This document shows, one piece after another, positions 13,572 through 27,204 of a stretch of DNA of 64,000 nt; positions within the stretch are counted from its first letter, which is position 1, and every line of letters begins with the position of its first letter. The stretch is from contig OZ024753.1 of assembly GCA_964016885.1 (NCBI GenBank), positions 28,024,001 through 28,088,000 on the forward strand. The letters are read 5' to 3'. Both the position numbers and the translations under genes were made by a program. The notes beneath the pieces are model-generated. The model was not told the DNA's origin and ran no database searches. It saw nothing but the letters and a program-made list of their open reading frames with translations. This DNA is from Eledone cirrhosa (Eukaryota).

Positions 13572-13910
13572 ATTCATCATTTCATTTTTACGTCCGCTTT
13601 TTCCCTGCTCGCAAGGGTGGGACGGGAACTGAATTTGGCTTGGTTTCTACAGCTGGATGCCCTTCCTAACACCAACCTCATTTACAGTGAGTGCTGGGTG
13701 CTTTTTTGCCGTGGCACCTGCATGACCACTTTACAGTGGAATGATATGGACCCCAGTCCCTATCATCTCATTTCTACAGCTGAGTAAACTGGAGCAATGT
13801 GAAATAAAGTGTCTTGCTCAAGGAAACAACACATCACCCGGTCTGAGAATTGAACTCACAACCTTTCGATTGCAAGGCCAATGCTCTAACCACTAAGCCA
13901 TCTGCCTTCA
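13572..13910 (-). mobile_element. SINE family A
   Basis: Reverse complement of the 8342 type; 3' end matches the young RTE tail. Confidence 0.85.
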
Positions 13911-14249
13911 TGGCTTAGTGGTTATATGTATACATATGTGTGTGTTTTGTTTATCATCATCATCCACTCACATCAATTTTTTCCCTAAAAAGCATGACTT
14001 TAGTTAATTTGTTTCTTATTCAATACGTTTTTTGGCTTTGACATTGAAGCAATTGTAGAAAAGATCCAGTCATATGTTGTGGCATTTATTTTATAATCAA
14101 ATATTTAATATTAAAGAACAATTAGAGCACCTTAAATACTCAAGATAGGCTAGCTGGAGATTATTTTGATCCCAGAACCTGATTGGTACTTATTAACTCT
14201 TGGCGGGTGAATAAGAAAATCGGCTGGAAAGGATGATAATAATGATTAT

Positions 14250-15350
14250 AATTGTTTCTACTTTAAGCACAAGGCCAGCAATTACCCAGTGCATTACTGG
14301 TACTTTATTTTATCGACCCCGTAAGGATGAAAGGCAAAATCAACCTCGGCGGGATTTGAACTCAGATCGTAAAGGGACGTAACTATACTGGAAAGCATGG
14401 CGTCCGACCCTCTACCGATACTGCCAATCCACCGCCCTTAATAATAATGATAATAATGATAATGATTTAAGAAGTTGCCATTGGCCACTATGAGCATATA
14501 TATATTGTTTTTCATTTGTTTTACACGTGATTAGGGCCACAACTACCCCAGGAAACCCATACACAATCCTAAATGACTTCAGCTTTGCACCACTCTTACC
14601 CACTACTTACAAACAACCACCACTCTCACCCACCTTTCAGCAAATATATAAATATATGGGGAGGCTAGCACTTCTATCTCCTCTCTCTCTCTCTCCTTTA
14701 CCCTCCTCTTCCTTGAGTAATACTTTAAAAAAAGTTGATAATAAAAACAATTGTCTACTTCAATACAGAACAGGTTTCAGAAAGATAGATAAAAAGATAA
14801 AACCAAAGCATAATAATAATTAGGATATAGAGGATTAGTTATAGGGTAAAAAGTAAATGACATCACTTTTGAAGTTTACTGAAAATACTAAATGAGTGTT
14901 TTATATTGTTTTTTTTTTCCTTTTCTTCCCATGCTTATAATAATAATTGTTTCTACTATTGGCACAAGGCCAGAAATTACCCAGTACATTACTGGTACTT
15001 TATTTTATCGACCCCGTAAGGATGAAAGGCAAAGTTAACCTCGGCGGGATTTGAACTCAATGGCAAGGGCCGTAACTATGCGTCAAAGCATGGCGTCCGA
15101 CCCTCTACCGATACTGCCAATCCACCGATGCTTATAATAATAATAATGATTTCTACTATAGACACAAGGCCAGCAATTTAGGGAGAGGGGAAAATCGATT
15201 ATATTGACCTCAGTGCATTACTGGTGCTTTGTTTTATCAACCCCATAAGGATGAAAGGCAAAGCTAACTTGAACTCAGAACGTAAAGGGCCATAACTATG
15301 CTGCAATGCATTTTGTCCAACGCTCTACCGATACTGCAAATCCACTGCCC
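14250..15350 (-). mobile_element. Cluster of three tRNA-SINE family B copies (14250-14438, 14945-15127, 15146-15350)
   Basis: ~190-bp element: head GGTGGATTGGCAGTATCGGTAGAG, B box GAGTTCAAATCCC, centre GCCTTTCATCCTTACGGGGTCGATAAAATAAAGTACCAG, (ATT)n tail. More than 15 copies in the window (e.g. 7331, 20422, 24838, 27377, 27937, 29692, 30690, 31333, 31937, 45553, 49064). Confidence 0.85.
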
Positions 15351-15354
15351 TATA

Positions 15355-15560
15355 AAATTATTGTGTACAGTGCTCAGGTGCTCTACAACTCATCAAAGGT
15401 GCATGTATAGTACATAAAATAATGTACAAATGTCAGGAAAGTGAACAGTGTACGAGTCATGATCTACACACAGATACATGCATGCATGCATGTGTAATGA
15501 GGGAGAATATCAGGTGTAGTGTTGGTGAATTTCAGGAAGTGTGGAAGTTTTGAAAGATGC
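15355..15560 (-). mobile_element. CR1-type LINE extreme 3' fragment
   Basis: Matches the 3' UTR at 54741-55065. Confidence 0.75.
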
Positions 15561-16577
15561 ATGGATTTAATGAAGACTGGAGCTTATCCTTCTTTCATGG
15601 GTGTTAAGTCACTGAGAGAACAAAACTAACCCCTGATGAGATGTGAGTCCGTTGCAGGGCTGCTGCTGTTAGGCGTTCTTATTTTCAGTGGAATGAACTG
15701 GAGCAACATGTTAAGAGTGCCTTGCTCAAGGACACAATGTGTCTTGGAATCAAATCCATGACCTTGTGTATTATATATCATCATCTTTACATTAACTTTT
15801 TTATGCTGACATGGGTTAGTTTTTGAAGCAGTGTTTTTCAGCCAGGTGCCTTTCCTGATACCAACCCTTTTAATTACTTCTTATGATATGCAAGGATAAA
15901 GTGTACCTATTCTAAACTAGATACACAGATGTGTGTGTGTGTGTGTGCCTGTCTGTCTGTCTGTTTATTTCCTGTAATGATTCGACAAAAAGATATCTAT
16001 AAATATATGTAAATGTGGTTATGGTTAGGAAGGGCATCCAGCTGTAGAAATCTAGCCAGACATGGTCACCTGACCCAACTTGCCTCAAATGGAACGACCC
16101 GTCTAATCTATGCTAGCGTGGAAAGTGGACATTAACCAATGATGACGATGATGATGATATGTACAAGATTTAAAAATTAAAAAAATGACAAGTATTGTGA
16201 TTGATATGATTGACTAAATCCTTTGAGTGCAGTGTTCCAGCATGGCCACAGTCTACTGACTGAAACCAGTGAAAGAAATATATAAAAAGAAAATCCCAGA
16301 TGGATGGCCTGAACTGGTGTGACCAAACTAGTTAGGTAAGATGGTAGGGTGTAGTAGTGGTGGTGGTGGTGGTGGATAGTGTTAACTATGTAAGAAATGT
16401 GTGAAGAGGTTCTTGCTGTTGACTGAGATGTTATTCTCACAAACACTTGAAGGTAGTTTTGTGGTTTCTCAGTTGTTTTCCATCCATGTAGTATCTAATT
16501 GTCACAGCTGGTTGTTTGAAGGTGTGGAATGTGGCACTGTGATGGCGCCAGTGAATGTGGGGCAGGCGTGATTAAGG

Positions 16578-16935
16578 GTGATTGTTGTTGGTGGTGGCAG
16601 TGCTGGTGGTGGTGGTGGTGGTTGCAGCGCCAGCTGTGGTGGTGGTGGTGGTGGTGGTGATGGTGGTGGTGTTGGTGGCAGTGATGATAGTCTTATTGAC
16701 CAATTACGACATCAAACTTTGAATCAACTAGAACTACTACTATTACACTTCTATTTCTACTACTACTGCTGCTGCTGTTCTTACTACTACTGCTACCACT
16801 ATAGCCAGTACCACCACCATTACCTATATTACTACTACTACTACTATCATCAACAACAACACTAATACTACTGTTACCACCACTACTGCCACTACCACCA
16901 CCACCACTACTACTACTATAGTTAGTACCACCACT
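16578..16935. repeat. (GGT)n followed by (TAC/CAC)n low-complexity block
   Basis: Visible directly. Confidence 0.9.
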
Positions 16936-18669
16936 AACCCATGCTAGCATGGAAAAATGGATGTAAACAGTGATAATGATATATGAAAGATAGCACATTG
17001 TTAGAACATTGGATAGAATGCATTGTGGTATTCATTCTAGCTCTCTATACTATCCTGCCACAGTCAACTATGTTTTTCATCCTTTTAGGGTCAATAAAAA
17101 AAAGTACCAGTCCAGTACTGGGTTTGATTCTTCCTCTATGTCGCTTTCTTACTTCCTCTTTATCACTCTCTGTCTTTCTCTCTCTCTCTTTCTCTCTCCC
17201 TCACTCTGGATGAAGTCGGCTGTGCTCAAAGCTGGCTCTGCCAGGTTTTTTTTTAAATGGCCAAGAAATTCTGTATGCCACTATGGTGCCCCCTACAACT
17301 CCATCAGGTTTAACCCTTTAGCATCTAAACCGGCCATGTCCGGCCAGAATTCTTTCACCTCTTTCTGTTCAAACCGGCTGTAACTGGCTGTTCATACCGA
17401 TGTTAAGGTATTGTTCTCAAAATAAATAATATGAAAACCTCATAGATTTGATATTATGTGAAATAAAGTGTTTACCATGAAAATATAATAGTAAATATAA
17501 AGTAATGTAAATGCTAAAGGGTTAAAAGAAAACATGTGTATATACATAAACACATATATATTATATATCCACATATATACATGATCTGATATGGCCCCTG
17601 ATCATGTGACCAATAAATGATATAACATAGCATTGATCTTTCAGTGTCAACTGATGAGATAAAATTAAAATAACCCAAAGCTTTCATGTTTGTTTATGTC
17701 AAGTGGGACATGTTACAAACAGTCCTGTAGTAGATAGCAGGGTATTATGTGTGGTAGATTGATTGGGGTGTGTAATCCCTGACATCCTTTGCTGTCAACT
17801 ACTGCAGTATGCAGGGCTGGGTTTAGATTACAAAATTACAATACACAGCAAACCTCCAATTTTACATATCAAAGTCAGCTTGACACAAGTAATTTGAATT
17901 GAAAAGTTATACATACAGGTATTAAATAAAAAAAATCTAACCATCCTCGTTTTACATCCACTTTCCATACTGGCATGTGTTGGACGGGTTGTCACAGTCC
18001 AAGACCAGACATAGTGGAGTGACCTCATCTTGTTCATACATTACACATTTGTCAGGGTTTCTATGGCTGGATGCCTTTCATAACATAACCACTTTAGAGT
18101 GTTTACTGGGTGCATTATTTTTACGATACCAGCACAACCACTTTACACAGTTGACTAAGTATCTTCTATCAAGGCACTAACACTAACAATTTACAGGATG
18201 TACTGAGTGCATTTTATTGTGGCTCTAGTACTAAAGGGGTCATCACATGCTCAGCCAGACTAAAGCAGTCTCTTATAAACTATACTGTCTCCACTCGGTT
18301 ACCAAACACTGTAGCCTCCAATCTCTCACCCAATTTACTTTTAGTGTATCACTGCTTGCACTGGTGGACATGTCTTTTGTATTATGGCATATCATCAATC
18401 AGCTCTGTTCTCCGTCATCTCCTTTGTCAGGTTCAATTTCTTGATGTCATTCTTTACAAATTTGTCCCATGTTTTCCTTGATCTTCCACTTCAAGCGTTG
18501 GGCACTTTTTTTAATACATCTCTCACTATTATTGTTCTGATAATAATCTGATACCTCTAAAGTCGAGAAAATGTGATGAATTTTGCCACAGTAAGGATAT
18601 TAAATCCTATATATATATATCCACCTGAAGTATGTATTTTTAACCAAAGGAACACTATCTTTGTTTCAG

Positions 18670-18730
18670 CTTGGAAATCTTGAAAAGAAATGGCAGCAGT
18701 TGGAACAGAATAACCACACCTTAAAAGAAT
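18670..18730 (+). CDS. IFT74: IFT74 penultimate coding exon (LGNLEKKWQQLEQNNHTLKE)
   Basis: cag acceptor; matches recalled human [20 protein letters not shown]; donor GTATCCTTT. Confidence 0.95.
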
Positions 18731-20662
18731 GTATCCTTTATGATCTGATCTGTGCAATAACAACATCTATGTTAACCATTTCAATAATGCATATTATATG
18801 GACAGGGTTAATGTTCAATTGATGGAACAGCTAGGGAGTTGGCAATGGTGGTTATTAGTGGCTCATTGTCAATATATTTATATAAAATATGTCTAAGCCA
18901 CCTTGGGCTAACGGAATCACACGGCTCTCTCGTTGAAACTATGTGCATCTATTAGTTAGTTATCTGTTCTCTCTCTAATGTGAAGTTTATATTTACAGGT
19001 ACACCAGCCAATGAGCTCCTGTATTATGAATTCTTTGCATTCTATAGCGCAACAATTCTTTTATTATTTCCAGGTGTATATAGTTATAATGGCTGGTTTG
19101 TACACTTTAATTTATTGTTTCAATTAATTTGTATATACCGTTCCATCCACAGTTTATATGTTCTTTACCAGGATGGTATTTTATCCCTTATTATAAGTTG
19201 TATTTTATTATGTCTTTCTCTCATTACTATGATTTATAAAGAACACATAGTTTGTTCCTTGAGCTTATTTGATTGTAGTGGATATTTGCGCATTTTTATT
19301 TCAACCTTTTTATTTGATATATATATATATATTAAAGATTATTATTGATGCTGAACAAAATAAGGATCATTAATGGATCCTGGATTGAGGTTTAAATTGA
19401 TTATAAAATTGGTCGCATATGTGCCTGTACAAAAAAAAAGCAGTTAACAAAAGACAAGAAGCTCATAAAAGCACAGATGGTGAGAGAGATAGAGATAGCT
19501 GTTGTATGAAGCAGAATATCTGCGAGGTCACTATGTTATATCACTGATTACATAATCATCATCATCACCATCGTTTTTATGTTAAATTTTCCATGATAGC
19601 ATTGGTTGAACCCAACATTTTGAGGCAGTGTTTTACAGCTGGGTGCTGTCTTTCCTGACACTAACCATTAAGTACACCATATGCAGGAATATGGTGTACT
19701 TATTCTAAAACATTAGTTCAAATTTAACTACAGCCAGTTGAGTGAAGTACTCCTGAGCTAAGTATGTATTTCTTTTTGTTACAGTTTGTTTAATCCTTTA
19801 GCATTTAAACCACTCTTATCCAGCCAGAATTCCCTCACATCTTTCTATTCAAACTGGCTGTAACTGGCCACTCATACTGATGTTAAGGTATTTTTCTCAA
19901 AATAAACAACATCAAAATCTCATAGATTCGATATTATATGAGTTAAAGCCTTTACCATGAAATTATAATAGTATATATAATGTAAATGCTAAAGGGTTAA
20001 CTGAGAAAATACAAGTGCTACTCTCTATTTCACATTTGAGTGGTTAACCTTTTGGTTACTGTATTTCTATAAACACCACCACTATTACTACAACCACCCT
20101 CACCATCACACCATTATCACTATTACCATTGTCACAATTACCAGTACCAACATCACCATTACACCACCATTATCATCTAATCACTATTGTCATTGCCACG
20201 ATCATCATGCTACCACCATCACCACCACTACAACCACCATCAAACCATCACTATTACACCACTACCATCCATGCACCAACCAGTATTACATTACCACCAT
20301 CACACTACCACCATCATCACTCTCACACCGGCACTCTCACTACAACCATCATCACTGTCACACCATCCCCACTCTCACACCATCACCACCACTACAGCCA
20401 CCATCCCCCATCATATTTCTTTGTGGATTGGTATTAATGGTAGAGGGTCGCATAATATCCTTTATGGCATGGAGTTACGGCTCTTTATGTTCTGAGTTCA
20501 AATCCTGTTGAGGTTAGCTTTGCCTTTCATCCTTGCAGGGTCGATAAAATAAAGTACCAGTAATGAACTGGGGTTGATTTAATCGACTCTCCCCTCACCA
20601 AAAATTGTTGGTCTTATGCCTTAAGTTGAAAGCATTATATTCTTTAACAGTCCTTCTCCCAG
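18731..20662 (+). other. IFT74: U12-type (minor spliceosome) GT-AG intron
   Basis: 5' splice site GTATCCTTT; branch site TTCTTTAAC at 20640-20648, a short distance before CAG at 20660-20662. Confidence 0.88.
20070..20412. repeat. (CAC/CAT)n low-complexity tract
   Basis: Visible directly. Confidence 0.9.
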
Positions 20663-20778
20663 ATATTGGCAGCAAGACAGCTGAGTGTGACTATGAAACC
20701 ATCAAAAGCCAAGTGTTTTTCCTTGTGGATAAATACAACAGCCAACAACAACTGTTACTCTCAAACACTGGCTTATGA
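20663..20778 (+). CDS. IFT74: IFT74 terminal coding exon (YIGSKTAECDYETIKSQVFFLVDKYNSQQQLLLSNTGL*)
   Basis: Resembles recalled human FIATKSQESDYQPIKKNV..EYN; TGA at 20776-20778; AATAAA at 20898-20903. Confidence 0.93.
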
Positions 20779-20961
20779 AAAAAAACATATTATCATTGCT
20801 CTTCAAAGCCTTATCTAATACTTGAGCTGTGAGATAACTGCAGCCATTCACACAATCAACCTGTACTGAGGGTTACTGTGCTTATAGACCAGGCTATAAT
20901 AAATTATGCATTCCCACCATCTTATAATTCTTTTATTCTTTTTACACTGGTATTGACAACA

Positions 20962-21438
20962 AAAGGTTTCTCCCTATTTACACTAGGACAACTGTATGAC
21001 ATCTGCGTATGAAGTGTGATGCTGCATGGGAGTGAAACATGGGCAGTGAAGAAGACATGTGTAGACTGGACAGAAATGAAGCTACCATGCTTTGTTGGAT
21101 GTGCAATGTAAATGTGAGAAAAAGGCAGAGCTTGAATGAACTGAGGGAGAAACTGGGTTTTAGAGGAAACCGGGGTTGTGTACAGGAGAGAAGATTGCGT
21201 TGGTACGGACATGTGATGTACATGAATGGTGATCGCTGTGTGAAGGAGTGAAAGGAAGTCACAGTAAAGGTAGACCAAGAAAGACTTGGACAGAGGTTGT
21301 GAGAGTGGGTCTCAAATCGCTGAGATCAACTGAGCTGACAAAGAAATGAAGCGATTGGAAAGATGCAGTGCTGAGGACTGTCCAACCCATGCAAACGTGA
21401 AAAAAATGGATGTAAAAACAATCATGGTGATGATGATG
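20962..21438 (+). mobile_element. Older, degraded RTE LINE 3' fragment
   Basis: Encodes ERRLRWYGHVM with stops/frameshifts; (GAT)n tail. Confidence 0.85.
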
Positions 21439-21749
21439 ATATACATTCCTACATATTTTTATATGTACTAGCAGAATGGCCTGGCGTTGCTCGGGATTTG
21501 CTGTAGGGTTTTTATATATTTGATATATATTTATCGAGCCTCGTGAAATACGTTTGTTTATATTTTGTTATTGTGTATGCAAAAATATCTGTACACGAAT
21601 ATATAATTATATATATATACATATATATATATTAAAATAACAGATTAAAGTTTAAGCAAAGAATCGCTACTTTCATCCTTAATGGGATCTTCTGAAACTA
21701 AAAAAATCAATCTGTGAACACAGAAGTAAATATTTTGAAAAGCATTACA

Positions 21750-21793
<44 letters not shown>

Positions 21794-24169
21794 CAGCCAG
21801 ACATACAGACAGATATAAGGATATCTATATATCTATCTAAAACCAAGTGAGAAACAGTTCTGTATGAGCAAAACACAGTTACCTTTTCTGACTTGTTTCA
21901 CAAAAAGACAACTTGTCTAACCCATGATAGCATATAGTTTTTAAAGTGTTTTGTTCAATGGGACAAAGCAACATGCAGTTTTGATATCAAACCAATGACC
22001 TTATGATCACAATCCTAGTGAGCTTGTAAGATTCCACTTACAATGGACAGGATGACTTGCAATATCTTTATTCCGATATAAAAATAAGGATAATGAAGTA
22101 TAATAAAATATCTGTTGTAGTTTGATGGTTAGTCAGAGCATTTCTTCATGACTTGTGTTTGCTTCTATGTGTGAATAGGAACGACCAACAAAATGAAGTA
22201 GTAAGAGTTATCCAACTTGAATTAAAAAATTGGAACTAAAAATGTTTTAACAAAATGAAATGATGTTGCTACAAGCTCGCCTTCCCACATAGTATTCATT
22301 TTATGTTAATGTAGCTGTGATATTTTAGTAATAGCTTGTACATTGACCCAATATTTTTAATTCATTGTCAAGCTAGTCTTTATGTGAAAGTAGTGTCAAT
22401 TCCTAATCAAGTAAAATTGGAATGTGTGAATTTAAATATATGTATTTCTAGAAAGGTTTGACTGAACTTATCACAGAAACAGTAAAAATAGTCATTGTAT
22501 TTTAACAGAGAACTAGGAAATACAACCAAATTTCTATGACTAATTAGAATTTTACGTAATTTTAAGTAATTCTCGGGTAATTTCTTGTGAGTAATATATT
22601 TGTTTTCATTTACTGATCCCTGTTTCTCTAACCCAAGGTTTAAAATTAATTAAATGCATGGAAGAGCGTGTTGACTTCTTCGTCTTCTTCTTCTTCGTCT
22701 TCTTAAGAGGGTCATGGGGTTAGAGTTCTTAAAGACTCCAAATTCTGTCTGAAGCAACTGTCTCCAACTGATTCAGCTGGATCCCCAAGTGAGACGAGCC
22801 AAGCTCATGGATGTTAGCATTTGAACTGGCTGTATCCAGCCAGAATTCTCACAACTCTTTCTTTTCAAACCGGCTGTAACTGGCCGCTCATACTGATGTT
22901 AAGGTATTGTTCTCAAAATAGATAATATCAAAATCTCATAGATTCGATATTATGTGAGATAAAGCCTTTACTGTGAAAATACAATAGTAAATATAGAGTA
23001 ATGTAAATACTAAAGGGTTAAACTTCTCCACCTGCTTCAGTGGAACTTGATTCACATGTAGAGTTAACTACTCAGTAATACTTGCCAAGACAGTGTAAGA
23101 AAATGCTCTTTAGTGTACAGAAGCCGAAGCACAAGCCTGATAGCAATGACAGTCCAATGTGTTACTGGCTTTTGTAAAGAATTTAAAAATTTAATTGATT
23201 GATATTTAATTGATCAGACACTGAAGTGTTAAGTTGTTAGTGCTCTACATGTCAGGGGTGAGTGAGTGTGTACATATGGATTCTTTTTTTTTTTTAATCA
23301 ATAAAAAGTTTTTATAAATACTAACAGATAAGACCACAAAAGTATTCCAAGGGCATGACAAAATTTCTAGTGCTGGTGACAATAAAATCTATCCAGTACA
23401 TACAATAAAAGTATAACTGAGCATGGATTTGTGGAGAAAGAATGCCTCTCCTTAATTCATGAGCTACAAATGGCTGCAATATTGGGAACCTTCAAAAACT
23501 CTAAAACATTTTTAAGCTTCAAAGGATGAATGCCTACATAAGTGACAACAACAATTTCCTTTCTTTACAACCTTGCTACCAGGAAGGTGGCCAGTCAAAA
23601 ATAAAGTTTAAATTAAGATGAGAGAATACATACATAATTACGTACTTACATACGTACATACATTACTATTATGCATACTCTCACACAGACACACATATAT
23701 ACTCACATACATACACACACACACATTTGTAAATAATATACATCCCTTTACATAGACACTGGCTCATATATACATACATTGATGAGATATATATACATAA
23801 ATACACACACACACACATACATAGTCGTGATCTCAATTATATCTAAAAAAACATAATTTGTTTACACATATAGATCCTGTTAGATTGTGAGGCACTTGGC
23901 TATAATATAGGTGTGTGTATGTATGTATGTATGTATGTATGTGTGTGTGATGAAATAGTATAGGGCTATAATACTTTTGTGTTTGTGTGTGATGAAATTA
24001 TAGAGGACTATAATACATGTGTGTGTATAGCATATCATACTAGTCTCTCTGTGTATAATATATATATATATATACACACACACACTGATTTTATAAGTAG
24101 TCTATGAAATACTTCAATCATTTTGTTTTGTTCTCAGGGACATTGCAGTAGCTCTTTCGTAAAATCTAT

Positions 24170-24409
24170 ATGATGTTTGGAAGCATCTGGTTTGTCCTAC
24201 TATTGACCACAACGGTCACTAGCAGTGTCTCTACGTCTGATCCAACTAGAAATTACCCTAAACTGGACAGCTCTTTTAAGACTTTCTGCAGTGGCTTTAG
24301 GAATTTTTTGAACTGTATTATTGTCAGTAGCACACAGTCAGGAAGACAGCCCATTCCCTGTCCAAACGACACCATATATAACATCTTGTTGAAACTAAAT
24401 GCAACTGTG
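24170..24409 (+). CDS. Secreted two-FAS1 (fasciclin/TGFBI-like) protein, coding exon 1 with signal peptide
   Basis: MMFGSIWFVLLLTTTVTS hydrophobic leader; acceptor cag at 24135-24137 implies an upstream non-coding exon; donor gtaag. Confidence 0.85.
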
Positions 24410-24685
24410 GTAAGTCTTTTGTTATTTTCATTAATTTATATATAATTATTTGGCAGTATCGGTAGAGTGTCAGACAATATGCTTTATGGCATAGGGTTAA
24501 GGCCCTTTACAATCTGAGTTCAAATCCTGCCACGGTTAACTTTACCTTTCATCCCTACGAGGTCAATAAAATAAAGTACTAGTAATGCACTGGGGTCAAT
24601 TCACTATATATCTAGAGAAATACATTTATACACAAATATTTCTTCTATTTATGTAAATATTTACAAAATGGTGCTTCCTATAGAA

Positions 24686-25219
24686 TAGAGGTTCTCAAAC
24701 TTTTTGGCCACCTCCCCCTGCTCACGGCCATGTAATACCCTCAGCATCCCACCCCTATTTCCAGAGATACCTACCTACATGCAAATTGTAAATAATATAT
24801 AATAAATAAACTTGTTAATTTATATATAATAAATAATTGTTTCTACTTTAGGCACAAGGCCAGCAATTACCCAGTGCATTACTGGTACTTTATTTTATCG
24901 ACCCCGTAAGGATGAAAGGCAAAGTCAACCTCGGCGGGATTTGAACTCAGATCGTAAAGGGACGTAACTATGCTGGAAAGCATGGCGTCCGACCCTCTGC
25001 CGATACTGCCAATCCACCGCCTTATATATAATAAATAATATAATGTATACTATGTATAAATAAATATGTATTTTTTATTTCATTATATATATATATAATA
25101 TGTATCATTTGATATTTAATATACTATTATATCATCTCTACTGCACCCTTAGGCCCCAGCACACTCTGGACCTTCTCAACGCCCTCGGGGAGCAGTTGCA
25201 CCCACTTTGAGAACCTATG
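24686..25219. mobile_element. hAT-type MITE with a nested SINE B
   Basis: TIRs TAGAGGTTCTCAAA / TTTGAGAACCTATG (12/14 match); 8-bp TSD CTATAGAA at 24678-24685 and 25220-25227. Confidence 0.8.
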
Positions 25220-25332
25220 CTATAGAATATGACTTTACTTGTTCTATTGATTATTTCTTATTATTTTCTTCTTTTGGCCTTGTGCCTAAATCATCAGAAA
25301 CCCTTATTTTCTTCTTCTTCTTCTTCTATAAG

Positions 25333-25492
25333 TTTTTGGAACTGATAACCAAGGCTAACCTGCTCAGTATAGTGAAGAACCCTCGCTCAAATTTTACAGT
25401 TTTTGCTCCAATTAATGGAAACTTAAAGAAAATTTCCGACAATATAAAAAACAATATCTCAGTCCTGAACAAGGTTCTAAGATTTCATTTAG
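25333..25492 (+). CDS. FAS1 protein exon 2 (FLELITKANL...NFTVFAPIN...VLRFHL)
   Basis: FAS1 H1 and YH-like motifs; aag/gtaag boundaries. Confidence 0.9.
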
Positions 25493-25760
25493 GTAAGATA
25501 TCTTTAATATTGGTATTTTGAACATAGGGATTTTGGGGAGTGAGTGGAGAGGATTATCAGAATTGATAGAATGTCAGAGAAGATTGCTGTGTGTCACACC
25601 CCTTTATATTCTGATATTTACTATTGTATTTTCACGGTAAACATTTTATCTCACATAATATCAAATCTACAAGATATAGATATCATTTATTTTTTGAGAC
25701 CAATACCTTAACATAGGTATGAGCAGCCGATTATGGCAGGTTTGAACAGAAAGTGAGAGA

Positions 25761-25805
<45 letters not shown>

Positions 25806-26356
25806 TACACACACACATATATAGTCAGAATCAGTTCTGTATGAGCAAGATATGGTCAACATGTTGAGGTATTTGCTCATAAATGTTTGATTTTGATAAG
25901 TCCCAATGAGTGATGAAACAATTGTAAATCAATATTTAATGTGAAACTGTATTTCGTAATACTTTAATAAATAATTTGCTTCACGCGTAATTATTATTTA
26001 GTCGTTTGTACTATTTATTATAATAAATTACCATATTTTGAGCTGTTTTAACTTCTCCACCTACTTCTTTCCAGTTTTTATATTTAAAAAAAATATTTTA
26101 TATATATATATATATATATGATGTGTGTGCGTGTATATATATATATACATATACGTACAATTAGATAAAGAGTTACATGAATGTATGCTGAGACAGTCCT
26201 TAATCCACGTTACTCAAACTCTTAAACTTGAGTAACAGAAACTGATTACTAGTATACCTACATGTATATATACGTATATATGTGTGTAACATGTATCTAT
26301 GTATTTATGCATAATATGTATATTGATGTAAATATATATTTTCATTATATTTTCAG

Positions 26357-26487
26357 TACCTGGTGGTAGAAAGTCTTCCAGTTTCAAGAGTAACGGCTTC
26401 CTAAAGACCCTTTCCAAATATGGTGTAGGCAATTATAGACGTCCTCTCTATATTCGTACCAACATCTATAAACGACAACCCACAAAT
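26357..26487 (+). CDS. FAS1 protein exon 3 (VPGGRKSSSFKSNGFLKTL...KRQPTN)
   Basis: cag/gtagg boundaries; phase 1-0; open and in frame. Confidence 0.85.
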
Positions 26488-27064
26488 GTAGGAAAGAGTT
26501 CTACATTCTTCTTCTTTTTACCATCTTTCCAACTATCAGATTTGGAATGTGATTGGTTGAGGTCCCACTCTGGCAGTTTATTGAAATCTAGTGGCAGGGA
26601 AAGCTCCTTAATTTAGTGAATGTTTAACCCTTTAGCATTTACATTACTCTATATATACTATTGTATTTTCATGGTAAAGGCTTTACCTCACATAATTATC
26701 TCCCATAATATTGAATCTATGAGATTTTGATATTATTTATTTTGAGAACAATACCTTAACATCATGAACAGCTGATTACGGCTGGTTTGAACAGAAAGAG
26801 GTGTGAGAATTTTGACCAGGTACAGCTGGTTTAAATGCTAAAGGGTTAATATATTCATTATTGTGGGGTTTTTTTTATCATTCCTATTTGGAGGTCCTAC
26901 TATATCGTGAGGACTTTTGTCTCATCTGATTTTTTTATGTAACCCCCACACTTTATGTAACATGCTTTTGTAATGTCATCCTCATTTGGCACCTTTGAGG
27001 CAAATAAAAGAAATTGTTGTTATCATGAATATCATCATTATCATTATTATTATTCATTTTTCAG

Positions 27065-27204
27065 CTTATCACTGTATCGGGATCCAAAATTATACAATAT
27101 GACAATACAAATGGAATGGCTGTTGTCTACACCATTGAAGACTTAATGTTTCCTTTGCCAGAAGAGAATGCTTACAATGAGATACAACAACTTCCAAAAT
27201 TCAG
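27065..27204 (+). CDS. FAS1 protein exon 4 (LITVSGSKII...AVVYTIEDLMFPLP...PKFS)
   Basis: cag/gtgca boundaries; divergent H2 motif. Confidence 0.88.

Noticed and set aside
16578-16998. Gly-rich and His-rich ORFs (also 20129-20495)
   Set aside because: Trinucleotide low-complexity DNA within IFT74 introns.
15631-17660. Other CTGATGA heptamers (15633, 17651; also 29080 in a FAS1 exon)
   Set aside because: No matching helix II, GAAA and helix I arrangement, so they are not called hammerheads.
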